Below, piece after piece: positions 1 to 14,059 of a stretch of 64,000 nucleotides of DNA. Each line of letters starts with the position of its first letter. The stretch's first letter is position 1. Both the position numbers and the translations under genes were made by a program. Source of the DNA: Eledone cirrhosa (Eukaryota); the NCBI GenBank assembly GCA_964016885.1, contig OZ024743.1, forward strand, positions 247,132,001-247,196,000, written 5' to 3'. A model generated the notes under the pieces. It was not told the DNA's origin and did not search any database. It saw only the letters and a program-made list of their open reading frames with translations.

Positions 1-1583
1 TGCAAGTACTCCTTTTTAGTTTGCTTTATATAATTTCAAAATAATCACAGTGTGTGGGTATTTTGAATAACTATATGTCTTTTGCACTGTCTATATTTCT
101 TCTTTTTCCTACTCCCACTTCATCAGAACTTTTAGTCTTTTTCCATTTCCTTTCTTGAATCATTCTTGTTTTACCTCAAAAGTACATTAGACCTGAAATT
201 TTCTATTCATGAATTATTCTGGGATGGACTTGGATGTCTTGAATGAAATTTTGTGAAAATTTGTTGAGAATTGGTGTTTATTATATAAATTTAGTCATGC
301 AGTAAATGTAATTTCCATGTTTAAACTACAAAGCTTTCAGCAACTTCAAATTAGGATCAAACAGACTAATTTCAAAATTCGTTAACGATTTATTATGTAT
401 CACTTATTTCTATCCTCTGAATGCAAAACTTCTTGTAAGATTATACCAAACCATAATATAATTACAATTCTGTACAAGATTGAATTTTTCCAGATTACTT
501 TTATGTAGATTAAGCATTCCAAATAAATGTTAAACTCTGTAACTTCATGGAAATTCACATTTATATTTTAGTTTTACTGAAAGACAGTTCAATCTGGCTC
601 ATTAGAAATTCCTATGAATTTTGCAGTTGACCATATCCGTGTGTTATAAGAAACAACTAAAAGGGTTGGTATCAGGAAAAGCATCTGGCTGTAAAACAGT
701 TTCAAAAGTCCCACCCAACCCATGTCAGCATGGAAAAGGTGACATAAAAACGATGAGGATGATGATGAGACTTCAATACTTTCCAAAATACTTGCAAATA
801 GTTCATGTATACTCCAGTAGTTTATAATCAGTTCAATAATATTTCCTTTCATGAATTGGAGTTGATAATATCAATGTCACTCACTCCTCCAAATTTGTTG
901 CTTTGTGTAAATGCATAAAATCAATAGTAAGTAAAACAAATTTAAATAGATTATTAATATCTATGGGTTTTCTTTTCCTTGCAGCTAGTTTCAGTTTTGT
1001 ATACTTGATGTGATTCTCCTCATTGATTTTTTTTTTCTCTGTGATGCTCTATGAGTTTCATTTTTTTTTCTGACTTTCCATGTGAATATTATCATTTTTC
1101 AGATCAGATTCAAAACAGTTTTTGTATCTTAACTTCAGTTTGTGTGAGGTATCAATTCCCAGAACATGGATTTTCATAGAGTAAATACTTTGGAATTCTT
1201 TCCTATTTCATGCAAATTACATGGCCTTTCCACAGTCTACTAAGAAAGAATGTTTCTATGCTTCTAATATTTGCTGAGTCTAAAATCTTAACATTACTCA
1301 TAATCTTTCTAAGATATATGCAAAATTTGTTTAAATACACATTTGCTGAGACTGATGTAACATGTTTTGAATAATGTCCGTTTCCCAGCCATACAATCAG
1401 ACAAAATATATGTTTTCATGTAACATTGAAAACATTATGAAGATTTCATATTTCCCAAAAGTTATCCATCACCTCTAAATTTAATTTGCAATTTCATCAT
1501 TTGAAAGAAGATATGTTCAAGGTTTACCATAAACTAATATGTTTTTAGATTTCACTTTTCAGGGCAGGGCTGATAAAGAATAA

Positions 1584-2340
1584 GTTGTATCTAGATTTAT
1601 GGTGAGGTCTAACATGTTACAAGGTTGCATCTAGATTTATTGTGAGGTCTAACATGTTACAAGGTTGTATCTAGATTTATTGTGAGGAGGTCTAACACGT
1701 TGCAGGGTTGTATCTAGATTTATTGTGAGGTCTGACATGTTGCAGGGTTGTATCTAGATTTATTGTCAGTTCTAACATGTTGCAGGGTTGTATCTAGATT
1801 TATTGTGAGGTCTAACATGTTACAAGGTTGTATCTAGATTTATTGTAAGGTCTAACATGTTACAAGGTTGTATCTAGATTTATTGTGAGGTCTGACATGT
1901 TGCAGGGTTGTATCTAAATTTATTGTCAGTTCTAACATGTTGCAGGGTTGTATCTAGATTTATTGTGAGGTCTAACATGTTACAAGGTTGTATCTAGATT
2001 TATTGTGAGGTCTGACATGTTGCAGGGTTGTATCTAAATTTATTGTAAGGTGGTCTGACATGTTGCAGGGTTGTATCTAGATTTATTGTGAGGTCTAACA
2101 TGTTGCAGGGTTGTATCTAGATTTATTGTCAGGTCTGACATGTTGCAGGGTTGTATCTAGATTTATTGTGAGGTCTAACATGTTGCAGGGTTGTATCTAG
2201 ATTTACTGCGAGGTCTAGCATGTAGGGTTGTATCTAAATTTATTGAGGTCTGACATGTTGCAGGGTTGTATCTAGATTTATTGTCAGGTCTAACATGTTG
2301 TTGGGCTGTATCTAGATTTATTGTGAGGTCTAACATGTAT
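1584..2340. repeat. 40-bp minisatellite, about 19 units
   Basis: Consensus gttgtatctagatttattgtgaggtctaacatgttgcagg. Confidence 0.97.
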
Positions 2341-3015
2341 GCCAATAAATATTTATCCATTAAGAGATTGAAGATTATTTGTATCATGTGTAACAATATC
2401 ACAGCTGTTGGCATACACACACACTCTCACACAGACATACATACATAATATTTATGCATAACACAGCATATATTAGAAATTCTTAGATAAATTTAATGTA
2501 GGTATAACTGCACTTTATAAACCTTGCTGTGAACATTTAAACAAATGTGAAAAACATCTTTTTTATTCTCTTCACACACAGAAAAAAACATAAGAAACTG
2601 CATTTTTAGATGACCATTCATCAATAGACAAGTACCCTTTTACTTCTGTTCACAAAGAGAGATATTATTAAATGCTATTTATATCAACCACAAACTATAT
2701 GTCTGGTTTAGAGGGCATGAATTTCCTTTTTCTATATGAGAAATCTACCTTTGTCAGAGTTGTTGGTTTAGTTGGTTTAATTGTAATTAATTTTTCATAT
2801 TGGTAGTTTGGTAGTGACACTCTAATTTTGTTTTAATCTGTTACTATCAAGTATTTTGCTGTAAAATCGTTAGCAGGGAAATGCTTATTTAACAAAGCTA
2901 AGAAATTTATGCTTTTAGATTTAACATTTGATGATAAAGGAAGATTGATCCATATAATTTTACAACATATTTTGAACAGCAGAGGATTAGTGTATTAGTT
3001 ATCTTATCCTTAGTG

Positions 3016-3287
3016 CAGAGGTCCCCAACCACCGGACCGCAAAGAAATAATTAACTTGTTTAAAATTATATAATAGATAAATTGAATATTGGACTTTAAT
3101 TTAAAAAAGATTTACATGAGAGTAAAAAGATTATACACTTTTTCTTCCCTTTAATAAATTGCTCTTTTTTATTATTGCTCTCTTTATCAAAATGCACTTA
3201 AATAACACATATGTGCAACTACCGGTCAGCAAAAAGATTGTCCAGCATGAAGCTGGTCCATGATATAAAAAAGATTGGAGATCACTA
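3016..3287. mobile_element. hAT-type MITE
   Basis: Exact 8-bp TSD ccttagtg (3008-3015, 3288-3295); imperfect TIRs cagaggtccccaacc / gattggagatcacta. Confidence 0.85.
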
Positions 3288-3930
3288 CCTTAGTGAATAT
3301 TATAAGTTTAAGGCTGAAATTATTAAAGATGCTGATCTTAAGTGTGTCAACAATAAACAAACCAATAAGATCACATAATTCTGTGTAGTTCAGTGAATCA
3401 GTAATTGTTTCTACTTTAGGCACAAGGCCAGCAATTACCCAGTGCATTACTGGTACTTTATTTTATCGACCCCGTAAGGATGAAAGGCAAAGTCAACCTC
3501 GGCGGGATTTGAACTCAGATCGTAAAGTGACGTAATCAGTAATGGTCTGTTTTCTTAACCTAAGCAGCGCTGCTGTTGTAAAGTAAAACTTTTGTGATAT
3601 GCATAATGATGTCTATTTTGCTGTTGTCTATGAAATATGTATTGACAAATCCTAAAACTCTGATGAGTGGCAATTTCAAGATGGAAGATAAACTTCAATA
3701 ATGTCGACTTAAGTGAAACTCTTTTATTGTTGTTTCAAAACCAGTCAATAGCCATGTTGTTGTTGATTGCTACAATAAGTTTGTAGTATGAAACTTGAAG
3801 TAATGGAGGATTAGTGTTGACTATAATTACGCTAGCATAATATACATACATAGATGCTTACATTACATACACCCATATATATATGCATACATATACATGT
3901 TTCTGGTTTTTTTCAAATTTACAATTCCAG

Positions 3931-4334
3931 AAGGAAGAAAAGAATGCTTAGAAAACCAGAAAAAACACAATGTCATGACTAAAGATGATAATTCATTATT
4001 CAAACCACATCCAGAAGCACAGATCCATTGGAATAACCAATTTATGAACTACCATAACCAGAAAGTGTCTAGTGTGTTTAATATCAATAGTCCTAGAGCA
4101 TCATCAACAGACTTCTGGCAACAAAGACCAAAAGACATACAATGTAAATGTAAAGAAAATTTTACAATGAAAGAAAGTTTCCATGAACAAAATTTCAATT
4201 GGTTAGTACAGAAGATAATATTAGGACAATATGTGGCTTTTCCATCCAATATCTATTCAGAACAGCTATCACAAACACTTACACTTTTAGCTGAACTGGA
4301 AGCTAGTGGTGCACTAACAGTTGGTCAACTATAG
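3931..4334 (+). CDS. Candidate exon of an unidentified + strand gene (about 134 aa open)
   Basis: Non-repetitive 400-nt open frame in AT-rich DNA after a pyrimidine tract and ttccag; AATAAA near 4619. No recognisable domain. Confidence 0.35.
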
Positions 4335-6269
4335 CAGAGGGCTGTGTCACAATCATTATATAAAAATACAATCTATTCAGACCATAAAAATATAAACCAG
4401 ATCTTTATTTTGTTTGTTAATCAATGATTAAAACCTATCAGGACTAGCATCCGAAATGTAAAGACTCTTTTCCTACTATATCATGCATAAAACTAATAAT
4501 ATATTTCTTCATTGTATTGTGTCATTTGCTTTGTTATTTCTGTTTGCCCTTTGCATACTTATAATTATGTGGGAAGGGGGGGGGGGGGGTATATCAAATG
4601 ATATACAGTATGTTTACGAATAAACATTTGAAAGACTTAAGCTAGGAATTTTAAAGGTTATGACTGGTAGCATCTACTTTGTTCCAGCAGAAGTAAGGGG
4701 AAGCAACCGACAGCGCTCCTTCTGGCTATTGCCATTGTCATGCAACCCTTCTTTGCCTCCTACTGTAACTCAAATAAACTGAAAACATAGTTTTATCGCT
4801 TATGTATTTTGACAGATTAGCTTCTTTTGCATACAGATCTTTAGGTTGGCTCAGCCTGATTATATATATATATATATATATATATACAAACTCACATATA
4901 TATATAACTTGCAAGCTGATCCTTCCCCTGTATAATGTTATTCATATAATACATTTTGGCTCTGTATATTACATAGAGCGCTTGTTTCCTTGATCTATTC
5001 TTCGGAAACTCTTTGTACTATATATATATAGGATAGGATAAAGATCCCATAACTCCTTGTGGAATCATAGAGGCACTGTCATATGGCATGTCTAGGGCAC
5101 TTTTAAACATGGCAAAACCCAACCCTCTCCAGGTCTAAACACAGCCTATAGAGGAAGAATCAACCCCAATACTGAACTAGTACTTTTTTCTCGACCTCGA
5201 AAGAATGAAAGGCAAAGTTGACCACGGCAGGATTTCAACTTAGAGCGTGCAACGAGGTGGAATGAATACCATAAAGCATTCTATCTGACATCTTAACGAC
5301 ACTGCCAATTTGTCACCTATATATATATATATATCGAATTCCATGTGCGTTTTTTGCTTGTAGTTAGCCTCTTTTCCGTTAGGACGAAGCTCGTTGAAGA
5401 AGTATATCCAGTCCGCTTATTCTAGAAGTCTTATATATTTATATGTGAGCTGATAGAGTATAGTCTAAGGATTTACAGAAACCCAAGAAGCTAGATTTAA
5501 CACCTTTCTAGTGGGTCCGGGTATGATTTTACATTCATTTAAACTATTGATTTATTGATTTATTGATATTTTTTATCTGATTGTCCCGAATCTTCTATTA
5601 TCGATTTTTTTATCGTACGGTTGATTTTAGACTTGTTCTATGTGTGACGGTATTTTAACGATAGTTATAGCTCTGATTTATCTGAATCATTGAGCCCTCT
5701 GCCGCTCATTTCGAATTTTGTTTATCGTGAACTCGTGCGCCGATTTTTCGATACTCGATCATTCTAATATATATATATATATATATAAAAAACACAAGAG
5801 TCACATAACAACCACATTGAGCTACATTAGTTTGAGAAATGGTAATTTGTTATCTTCCTCCCTATCCTTCTTTCACAACAGTGTTGACAAGATAACCAGT
5901 AATCAAATGGACAGCTGCCAATGGCTACCTGTATATGTATCTTCAGACAATAAATACATCTATATATCTATCTATCTACTTGCCTATCTGTCTCTTTGTC
6001 TATCTATCTGTCACCCTACCGACCTACTTAACTGTATATCTATCTACTTCTCTGTTTTTATGTCAATCTATCTATTATCTGTTATCTATTTATGTATATT
6101 TACCAATGTATCTATCTTCAGACATGAACAACAATAACAATAAAGCACCAATCTCAATAGCAATCCATAGATAGATAGTCAGACAAACAGACAGATAGAT
6201 AGAAAAAGTCATCATAATTTAATGGATATGTTTGATAAAGATTAGAGAATATTTGGAAGAAAATTATTT

Positions 6270-6880
6270 TAATGATTTAAAAGAATATAAAATGAAATAT
6301 AGCAATGGCTGGAGTGACAAGAGATTCAAGCATCTTTACATAGAATGTTGTAATCAAGAAATTATGAGGCGAGTACTTTGAAAGCATGGTGGCCAGAAGA
6401 ACATGGAAAAAGTGATGGATGTTGTTACTTCTGCTGACAACAAAGTACTTGTCTCTCAAAGTGAAGGAGAGTTAATATGATATTTGTGTACAAAATAAAG
6501 GGCAGGTTATATAATACTTGTGTACAAAGTGTGATGTTGTGTCGTGGTGAGACATTGGCAATGAATGCAGAAAATTTCCAACAGCTAGAAATAAATGAGG
6601 TGATCATGCTCCACTGGAAGTGTGAGTGTGTTTGAATGGCAGAGTAAAAATGAGCTTAGACAAAATAGATATCAGATGTAGTGTGCAAGAGAAAATATTG
6701 GAATGGGCTGGTGATACATATATATCAGCTTCATAAAGAAATGCTAAGTATTTGAAGTGGATACCTAGGAAGACATGACACAAAGTGATGAAAACTGGTT
6801 GCATGAAGCTGAATCACATTGCCTCCTTTCACTTGCTAACTACAGTACAGAGAGTACTGTGTGCATTTTATCATGACACC
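6270..6880 (+). mobile_element. Highly decayed RTE fragment
   Basis: Remnants of KGRLY..CV..VML.GET and RWYG regions. Confidence 0.6.
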
Positions 6881-7489
6881 AGCTCTAGTAAGGTTTTCTT
6901 GCATGCTGAAAGACTAAAGAGTTCTCACCACTCTGTTGTCTCTGTTTATCAAAACAACTTAAATAAGAGGGTGTGTAGAAAACAGCAAAAAACAGGGCAA
7001 ATAAGAAAGAGAAAGTATGGTGGGAGAGACAAAGAAAATAGAGAGAGAAGTTGTAGTAGAGGAATCAATAAAAAAAAAAATAACAGTGAAGATAGAGGAG
7101 TGAGCAATGGAAGAGAGACAGTTATGATATAGGAGTGAGCAATGGAAGAGAGACAGTGATAGCAGATCTGCATGGCTGCAACAAAAGAGTTGACAAAAGG
7201 ACAGTTGATAGTAATAAAGGGACGGCTGTTAGTAATAAGTGATTTGAGAGAGAGGGAGTGATAATTAACAATACAGAAGGACAATGTTAATGTTACCAAA
7301 TACAGTTACATCCGATGCAGTCACTTATTATATAGGCAGCATGATGGAAATCATATCCAATGGACTCCCTTGTTAGGAGAAAGGATGAATGTTAGATAAA
7401 AGAGTATTTAAAAAATGGGTCAATGGATGGAAACTTCACAGGAATATAATGGGTGAGATACTCAAATGAAGACACTATACATTACTACC

Positions 7490-8360
7490 ACCATTTGACA
7501 TGTTTTTTCTTGTTTCGTTTTTTTTGGTGACATGGTACGCATTTTCTCCAGCACCATGTCACCAATCATTTCAATCCTTTACCATTCCCTTTATGAGGTT
7601 CAACTTCTTGAGATCAGTCTGTATCACTTCATTGCATGTTTTTCTAGGTCTTCCTCTTCCATGAATTCCATCTACTTTCAGCATGCAAAACTTCTTTATA
7701 CAACTATTAACCTCCATACACATCACATTACCATACTAGTCCCATTTTCTCTCTTGTACACTACATCTGATAGCTCTTATATCTAGTTTTTCACTCAGTC
7801 AATTTGTGCTTTGTCACTCATATACACTAGCATGACACATCCATCAGAGCATGCTCACATCATTTTTCTTGTCTTCACAAAGTCTCTGCATTCAAGGTTC
7901 ATGTCTCGCTACCATGAAGCATTGTACTTTGTACATAAGCACCAGACATTCTGCTCCATCCATTTACTGTAACTAATATAAAGCTATCAAATTCTAGGAA
8001 ACCTTCAGGGCTTTGGAAAGAATCTATTTCCCATATATTCTTACTGCTCCTGTGCATTTGCTGCATATAAAATCTACCTTCTTAACCCGCTTTTAATCCC
8101 ACTACACCTCATGTGGCCATAGTACACTGAATAGAATTTCTACCAATTCGTTTTCTACATATTGAATATATTTCCCTGGTGGTAGCAGAAAAATGGCTTT
8201 GAGGCCTTTTGATTCTAGGTTTTGCTTACATGTCTGGAATATCTGTAAATCTATTACTGATTCAGTTACATACAAGAGGTCCCATGGACCAGTCATGAAC
8301 TCTTCAGTTATTGCTAGAGTGATTATGATAAACAGGAGAGGCTAATAAGTGGGCCCATTG
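7490..8360 (-). mobile_element. Highly decayed RTE fragments
   Basis: GPWDLLY, NLESKGLK and PPGKY remnants. Confidence 0.65.
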
Positions 8361-9329
8361 TGTGTGTGTGTGTGTTGGGGCTGCTACAAATCTACAATCT
8401 GTTTTGTTCTTACAAACACTTCATGGCACTAATGGAGAAATGGAACACTGCTTATTTAGGTACATTTTGAAAACAATAAATAATGGTTTCTGATTTAGGC
8501 ACAAGGATAACAATTTGGGGGAAGGGAAAGTTGATTAAATTGACCCTACTGCATTACTCGTACTTTATTTTATCGGCCCCGTAAGGATGAAAGTCAAAGT
8601 TAACCATTGCAGGGTTTGAACTCAAAACATAAAGAGCCGTGACTAAATGCTGTAAAGCATTGTGTCCAATGCTCTAACGACTCTGCCAATCCGCTGCTCA
8701 GAAAACAATAAATAATAGAGAGAACAAAGTATGTATAATTCTGATTTGCAGCAACAAAAGTTGTCATTGGTTGTTTGGTGGATGGGAAGGGTGATTTAGC
8801 AGTTTATTGGATTAGTTTATTATAATAAGGGAGAGTGTGTTTGCAGCAGCCAATTTAAATTTATATATTAAAAAGAAAATACAATGAAATAATTTTTGAA
8901 TGAGTTTAACCTGTTTGATACCAACATGCCCAAAACTGCTTCTGATACTATAAACGAAAGTGTCCAGCAACATAATTTGAAATATAAATCTCTCATTAAG
9001 TTATGGTACAAATAATAGTTTAATGATGTAATAATTAATAATTTTCGTAAAGAGACAAATTCTTCATTAATTAATTAGAATATAGTGTATTTCATTGGAA
9101 ATACAGTCATAAATGGGTTAATATATTAAATATATATTTTTTTTTAACATGAAAGAGGTGGCCCAGCATGGTTGTAGTTTCATGTCTGAAATCAGTAAAA
9201 GAATAATGTTATATTTTATGTGTTTCAACTGTTGACTATCTGAGACAAGAGTGTTACAGTTTATATAATTAGAGGTTTTGAATTTTTTCATTATTAATTT
9301 TTGGAAGCATTGTGAGACTTTACAGTGGA

Positions 9330-10020
9330 CCCTTCTCTTCTTCACCCACTTATTCCTGAGAGGGTCATGGGAGCAGAGTCCTAAAACACTCCTTCCAGTG
9401 GGTCCTGTCAGAAGCAAGTGTCTCCAACTGATCCGGCTGGATCCCCAAGCAGGACTAGCCAAGCTCATGGATATTATCGAACCATTTTTCTCAGAGTCTA
9501 CCCCTGGGTCTCCTGCCAGTTGATTTAACCATAAAATATGCCCAGCAATTCTTTCCTGAGACATTCTAACCACATGCCCATAGTATCAGAGCTGTAATCT
9601 CTCAATTCGGAGAAGTAGTGGCTCTACCTGGAGTGACTCTCTGATTTCCAAGTTACACACTCTATTGAGTAACATTACTCCAAAGGCCCTTCGGAGGAAC
9701 CCCATTTCGGCTGCTTATATTCATAATGGTATTTTGGGGGTCATTACCCAAGATTCATGATAGGTAAGGGTTGGCATGAATACTGAATTGAAGATAGCGA
9801 GTTTGGCTTTTACGCCTACCTTCCTTCCTTCCTTCTAATTACTGAAGCTGGCACATTACTACACCAGCTCATGCAATTTTTGCACTTAATTCAGCCTCCT
9901 GCCTTCCATCCCTTGTAGAGTACACTGCACAGGATTCCTTGGGAGAACAAGTGTCTCAGTTTTCACAGCACTGATTTTCATTCCAACCATACAGCACTTT
10001 GGTAAGAAATCTAATTCATT
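9330..10020 (-). mobile_element. Old RTE family C fragment
   Basis: Homologous to 55160-56652 (GMKISAVKTE, YGHVVRMSQER, caggaataag 3' end). Smaller pieces at about 35360-35560, 37030-37250 and 61130-61195. Confidence 0.8.
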
Positions 10021-11591
10021 CCAGAACCTTATTTGTTACCACATCAATTAAAATATATGAATTTAAGGACAATTTGTTCCAAAACCTTAATACCAAAAGA
10101 TTAATAAAGCACAAATTATCAATAAAAATAAACGAAACAATGTAAAAATTATACAAGATAATAAATTGCAAGAATAAATAAACAGAAGGAAAAAATTCGC
10201 TTTTACTTTATTGTTTTGTTTGCACGAATGAGCCCAAGTGACCGTTCATAATTTTAGTTTTTAATTCATTGTTTTTGTTTGAAAACCATTCATTGACATG
10301 ATTTCATTTGTTACGAAATTAATAGGAAAAAAGTATTTGTTACCATGATTTTCATTACCACAGGCGTCCATTGCTGAAGCGTTCAGTGTAGTTAAGTTTC
10401 TTTATATATACCAATCCATCAACAGTCAAGAAATTACATATACAGTAAACCCTCAATTTAAAGGACCAAATACTAATAACACAACACTATACTACCACAT
10501 GGTAAAATATATATACTACCATATGGTAAAATACTCTTCAATTACACTCAAAGGGTAAAGTAAAAATTATATATTCTTTATCATAACTAAATAATTTTAT
10601 ATTGTGCACTTGTGTACATTGTATTAAAAGTTTTTCTTTTTCATTAGCCCTTTTGTTACCATATTTCTAATGAAAGGCCCTGCTTAAGGTTTTCAATTTT
10701 GAAAATAATCAAGAATTTGGAGGTATGTAGTAACATAACTAACTTTCATTAACAAGCTGGTGTTTCAAGTATAAGCTAAAACAAAGTTTCTTACATAAAA
10801 TTATGATGGAAGATTTTTAGGTGTATATAAAAACTTTAACCCAAAGAGTTTTGTATGATAGAAACAAGGGAAGTTTCAGGCAGTTTGTTATCAAAAAGGT
10901 TAAAGACAATAAATACTTCTCCTCAGTTACTTTCAGAATTAATGGACACACCTTTCTCCTAATTAGTCCATTAAATCGAGGGCTTATTGTAATGCAACTT
11001 TTAATAAAACCATGCACATAGTTGAGAAAAAGAAGGAAAAAAAAGGAACATAGGAAACTCAGAGGATACAATTTTACTGGCTTAAATACATTTCAACAGA
11101 ACATTTGAGAATTTCACTTCTATTTATTGAAACAAAAAAAAAACAAAAAAAAAAAAAATCACTCAAATGAAGTGAAAAAATCTTTGAAAATATTTAGAAA
11201 GAAAAGTTAAAGACTAATCCAACCTGAATGTGAACATGATTACATTACATTTATTTTAATGGTGATAGAAACAAAAATACATTGTTTGTATAATAGTGTG
11301 TATCCTTTTCAATACAAATTTCTTCCCTGATGTTTTAGTATTTAAAAGAAAAAATGAAAAAAGAAAAAATGAAAAAAAAAGAAAAAAAGAGAAACGGTGG
11401 AAAGTATAAAATATAATAGTTGAATAGATTGTATTTTCTTGAAAGAGGAAAAAAATACATTTAACTGAAACTTGAATATACTGAGAAAAATCTGTCCTTA
11501 TTCAACCAGTAATCAGTAATATGACAAAAGTGAGAAGTGATTCTCAAACACTGATGTAGAGTGAACAAAACAGAAAAATGACTAAATATAA

Positions 11592-11626
<35 letters not shown>

Positions 11627-11929
11627 ATGAATAAATAAATGAATAATGAAAATAAGACATAAATATCCAAGTTTTTTTTAGTTTTTTTGTTTTAAATATT
11701 AGCCAACCAGCAGCCACGTTACCAAATTTGAAGCACAACAATGTTAATGGTCAGTCATTAGCAGGAGCGAGGTTTCTAATAACAGTAAAAAAAGGGGATA
11801 AAGAGCAGTTTTAGCTTGCTGCTATGAAGATAACTAAATACAGTAGTAAAAATCCTGCTTCCTGACCATTGTCATTGAAGCTATGCCTGCATATAATACT
11901 AACATCTGTAACATCAGTTAAAGCAATTA

Positions 11930-12175
11930 CAGGTTAACAATCCTTTATCTGAAACTTCAAAATCTGAAGGTTTTTCAAGTGTTGACATGATTCACCACAA
12001 ATTGAAAATTCAACAAAGCACTGGGAAGTTTCCAAGGTGAAGTAAAGCTGTTGCCACTTACAACCTTGCCTGTTCTGGGAGTGGGGCTGGCTCAGTTTAT
12101 TGCCAGCAACACCAACATTCCAAACTCTGAAATACTTCCAGTTCCAGGCTTTTGAGGTAAAGGATTCTCAACTTG
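11930..12175. mobile_element. Tc1/mariner (Tigger-like) MITE
   Basis: TA on both sides; 20-bp TIRs caggttaacaatcctttatc versus caagttgagaatcctttacc (16/20 matches). Confidence 0.8.
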
Positions 12176-12821
12176 TATATACTTGCATGTTGACATATAT
12201 TGTGAAGGTGTGTTGATTTGAAGGTATAGCTTACAATATAATACAATGATAATAATTACATTGGTACAAAATCTGCAATATAATCTTACCCCAAAATTAT
12301 CAAACTGCTCAAATTAATGAAGACATTTAGCAAAGCAAAATGAGAACTTAATAAAGATTATCAACTTATGTTTTTTAAATGATATTCTTAACTGAAATGA
12401 ATGACTGAACCAATAATTTCAACTGAAAATGTAATGCCTGAAAAACTTTGTTTTGAGCAAAATTCTATAAAAGATTTTAAATTTTGTTGTTATTGATATA
12501 AAAATTAAAAATTAAATATTTAAAATCTTTGCCACAAAAAATTATTTGCATGTGTTGTAATTTACATTCAAAAATATGATCAGTTAAACATATTTTTATA
12601 TTTTATTATGTGAAATTTATGAATGACAAAATTCAACACTTAAAATGCAAATTTCATATTTGAACATCTCAAATACAAAGAAAGCAGACACCGGGTTTTT
12701 GTCTCATTAATAAAACTTCCAATTTTTCAAATCCAAAAGCTAATTTCTAAGAAAGATTTACTGGAATCAGAAGCTATCATGTCACCTTAATTTTACAAAA
12801 TAATTTAGAGCATTATTAAAA

Positions 12822-13085
12822 CTAACCTTTCTCTGAAGCTGAGTTTTTAGTCTCATCAATACATATATAAAAAACTACTTTAGGTGAACTACACATTAAG
12901 GTAGTGAATTGATAAAATTGCTTGAGTTTAAATCTTGCTGCGACCCACTTTGGTAGTAGACTTATTCTGTTGTCCAGATTAACACCACCACCTGGTCCTT
13001 GGATGCTTTTAGCGAAATCCATTTTGTTGCAACAATTTAGGCAACGCCACTGGATTGAAAATACTGCCCTCCCACCAATCTCAGG
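12822..13085 (-). CDS. Candidate exon: PEIGGRAVFSIQWRCLNCCNKMDFAKSIQGPGGGVNLDNRISLL...SASEKG*
   Basis: Acceptor ctttttcatag; 87 open codons; ends at TAG 12822 or at donor AAG|gttagt (12827). Confidence 0.3.
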   Translation of the reverse strand, partial: PEIGGRAVFSIQWRCLNCCNKMDFAKSIQGPGGGVNLDNRISLLPKWVAARFKLKQFYQFTTLMCSSPKVVFYICIDETKNSASEKG

Positions 13086-13645
13086 CTATGAAAAAGGCCA
13101 TATGCACTACTTTTCCTTCTATGACTAAATAGTTTTTTTTTTAATCACATTCTGAATTATAACACAACTTATAAAATAAAAATAAAATATGAAAGAAAAC
13201 AGTCAAATGAATTTTTAATGTACCCAAGCCTATTCCATCCAGTGATAATAACCACAATGCTTATAGCCAGTGTGAACAAAAGCTATCAGTAAGAAATGCC
13301 ATGGCAAATAGAAATCACACTTGAAAGTAGCTATAGTTACTAGAATAATTCTTACTACTTAGTGTCACTGAAGTATGTGTTTCTTGAAAGACCTTAAACT
13401 TTTTAATACCAAACCACCTCTGTTTCTATGATACAGAGCTGTTTATTTTAAAATGTTTATATATATCTAAAAACCTTCCAGCATAATTTCATGCAAGTAC
13501 TTTTGTTAAGTGATGTTCCAAAGATAATGATAAATAATGAAAATGTTAGTTATATTACTAAACCCCTTCAAATTATTTTTGATTACTTTCAAAATTAATT
13601 GAAAATCATAAGCAGTATCACCCATTAGAAAAATGGTAACAAAAG

Positions 13646-14053
13646 GATTAATAATCCTTTGTCAGGTCAATTTCCTCTCACACACTCAATGGTTTCTTTG
13701 TGTTCATATATAAGAGATATAACTTGGTAAAATGAAACAATACATTGGCACAGAAAGAAAGATATGACAGTTAAACCCTATTTTAGGAACCAAAGCAAGT
13801 GAAAGTAACTTAACCAGAGTTGCTGGGTTTGTATATACAAGTGCATGCATGTGTGTATATGTGCATATGGTGGCTGCCAACTCGTTTTCGAGTACGGCCA
13901 CTACTTTATATCCATGTAGGAGAACCCCTACTGATGCGCTGAACGAATGTGACTTTTTAGTCCAGCCAGCGACTTGATTAATAATCCTTTGTCAGGTCAA
14001 TTTCCTCTCACACACTCAATGGTTTCTTTGTGTTCATATATAAGAGATATAAC
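13646..14053. repeat. 78-bp exact direct repeat (13646-13723 and 13976-14053)
   Basis: gattaataatcctttgtcagg...taagagatataac occurs twice, 330 bp apart. Confidence 0.95.
13845..13975 (-). mobile_element. Very short 3' end of an RTE/BovB-like LINE
   Basis: Minus strand reads KSLAGLKSHIRSAHQ* (end of a C2H2 finger), then a short UTR and microsatellite tail; CpG-rich. Confidence 0.55.
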
Positions 14054-14059
14054 CACATG

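Noticed and set aside
1103-1148. 46-nt + strand exon-like segment (ttttcag ... GAG|gtatca)
   Set aside because: The frame needed to join the 3931 exon contains a stop, and there is no other support.
1584-2340. CRISPR-like periodicity (also 26709-26962)
   Set aside because: No unique spacers, no cas genes, eukaryotic context.
3659-3750. Hammerhead-ribozyme-like CTGATGAG...GAAAC
   Set aside because: Could not build stems I-III around the core; at most a decayed Penelope-type relic.
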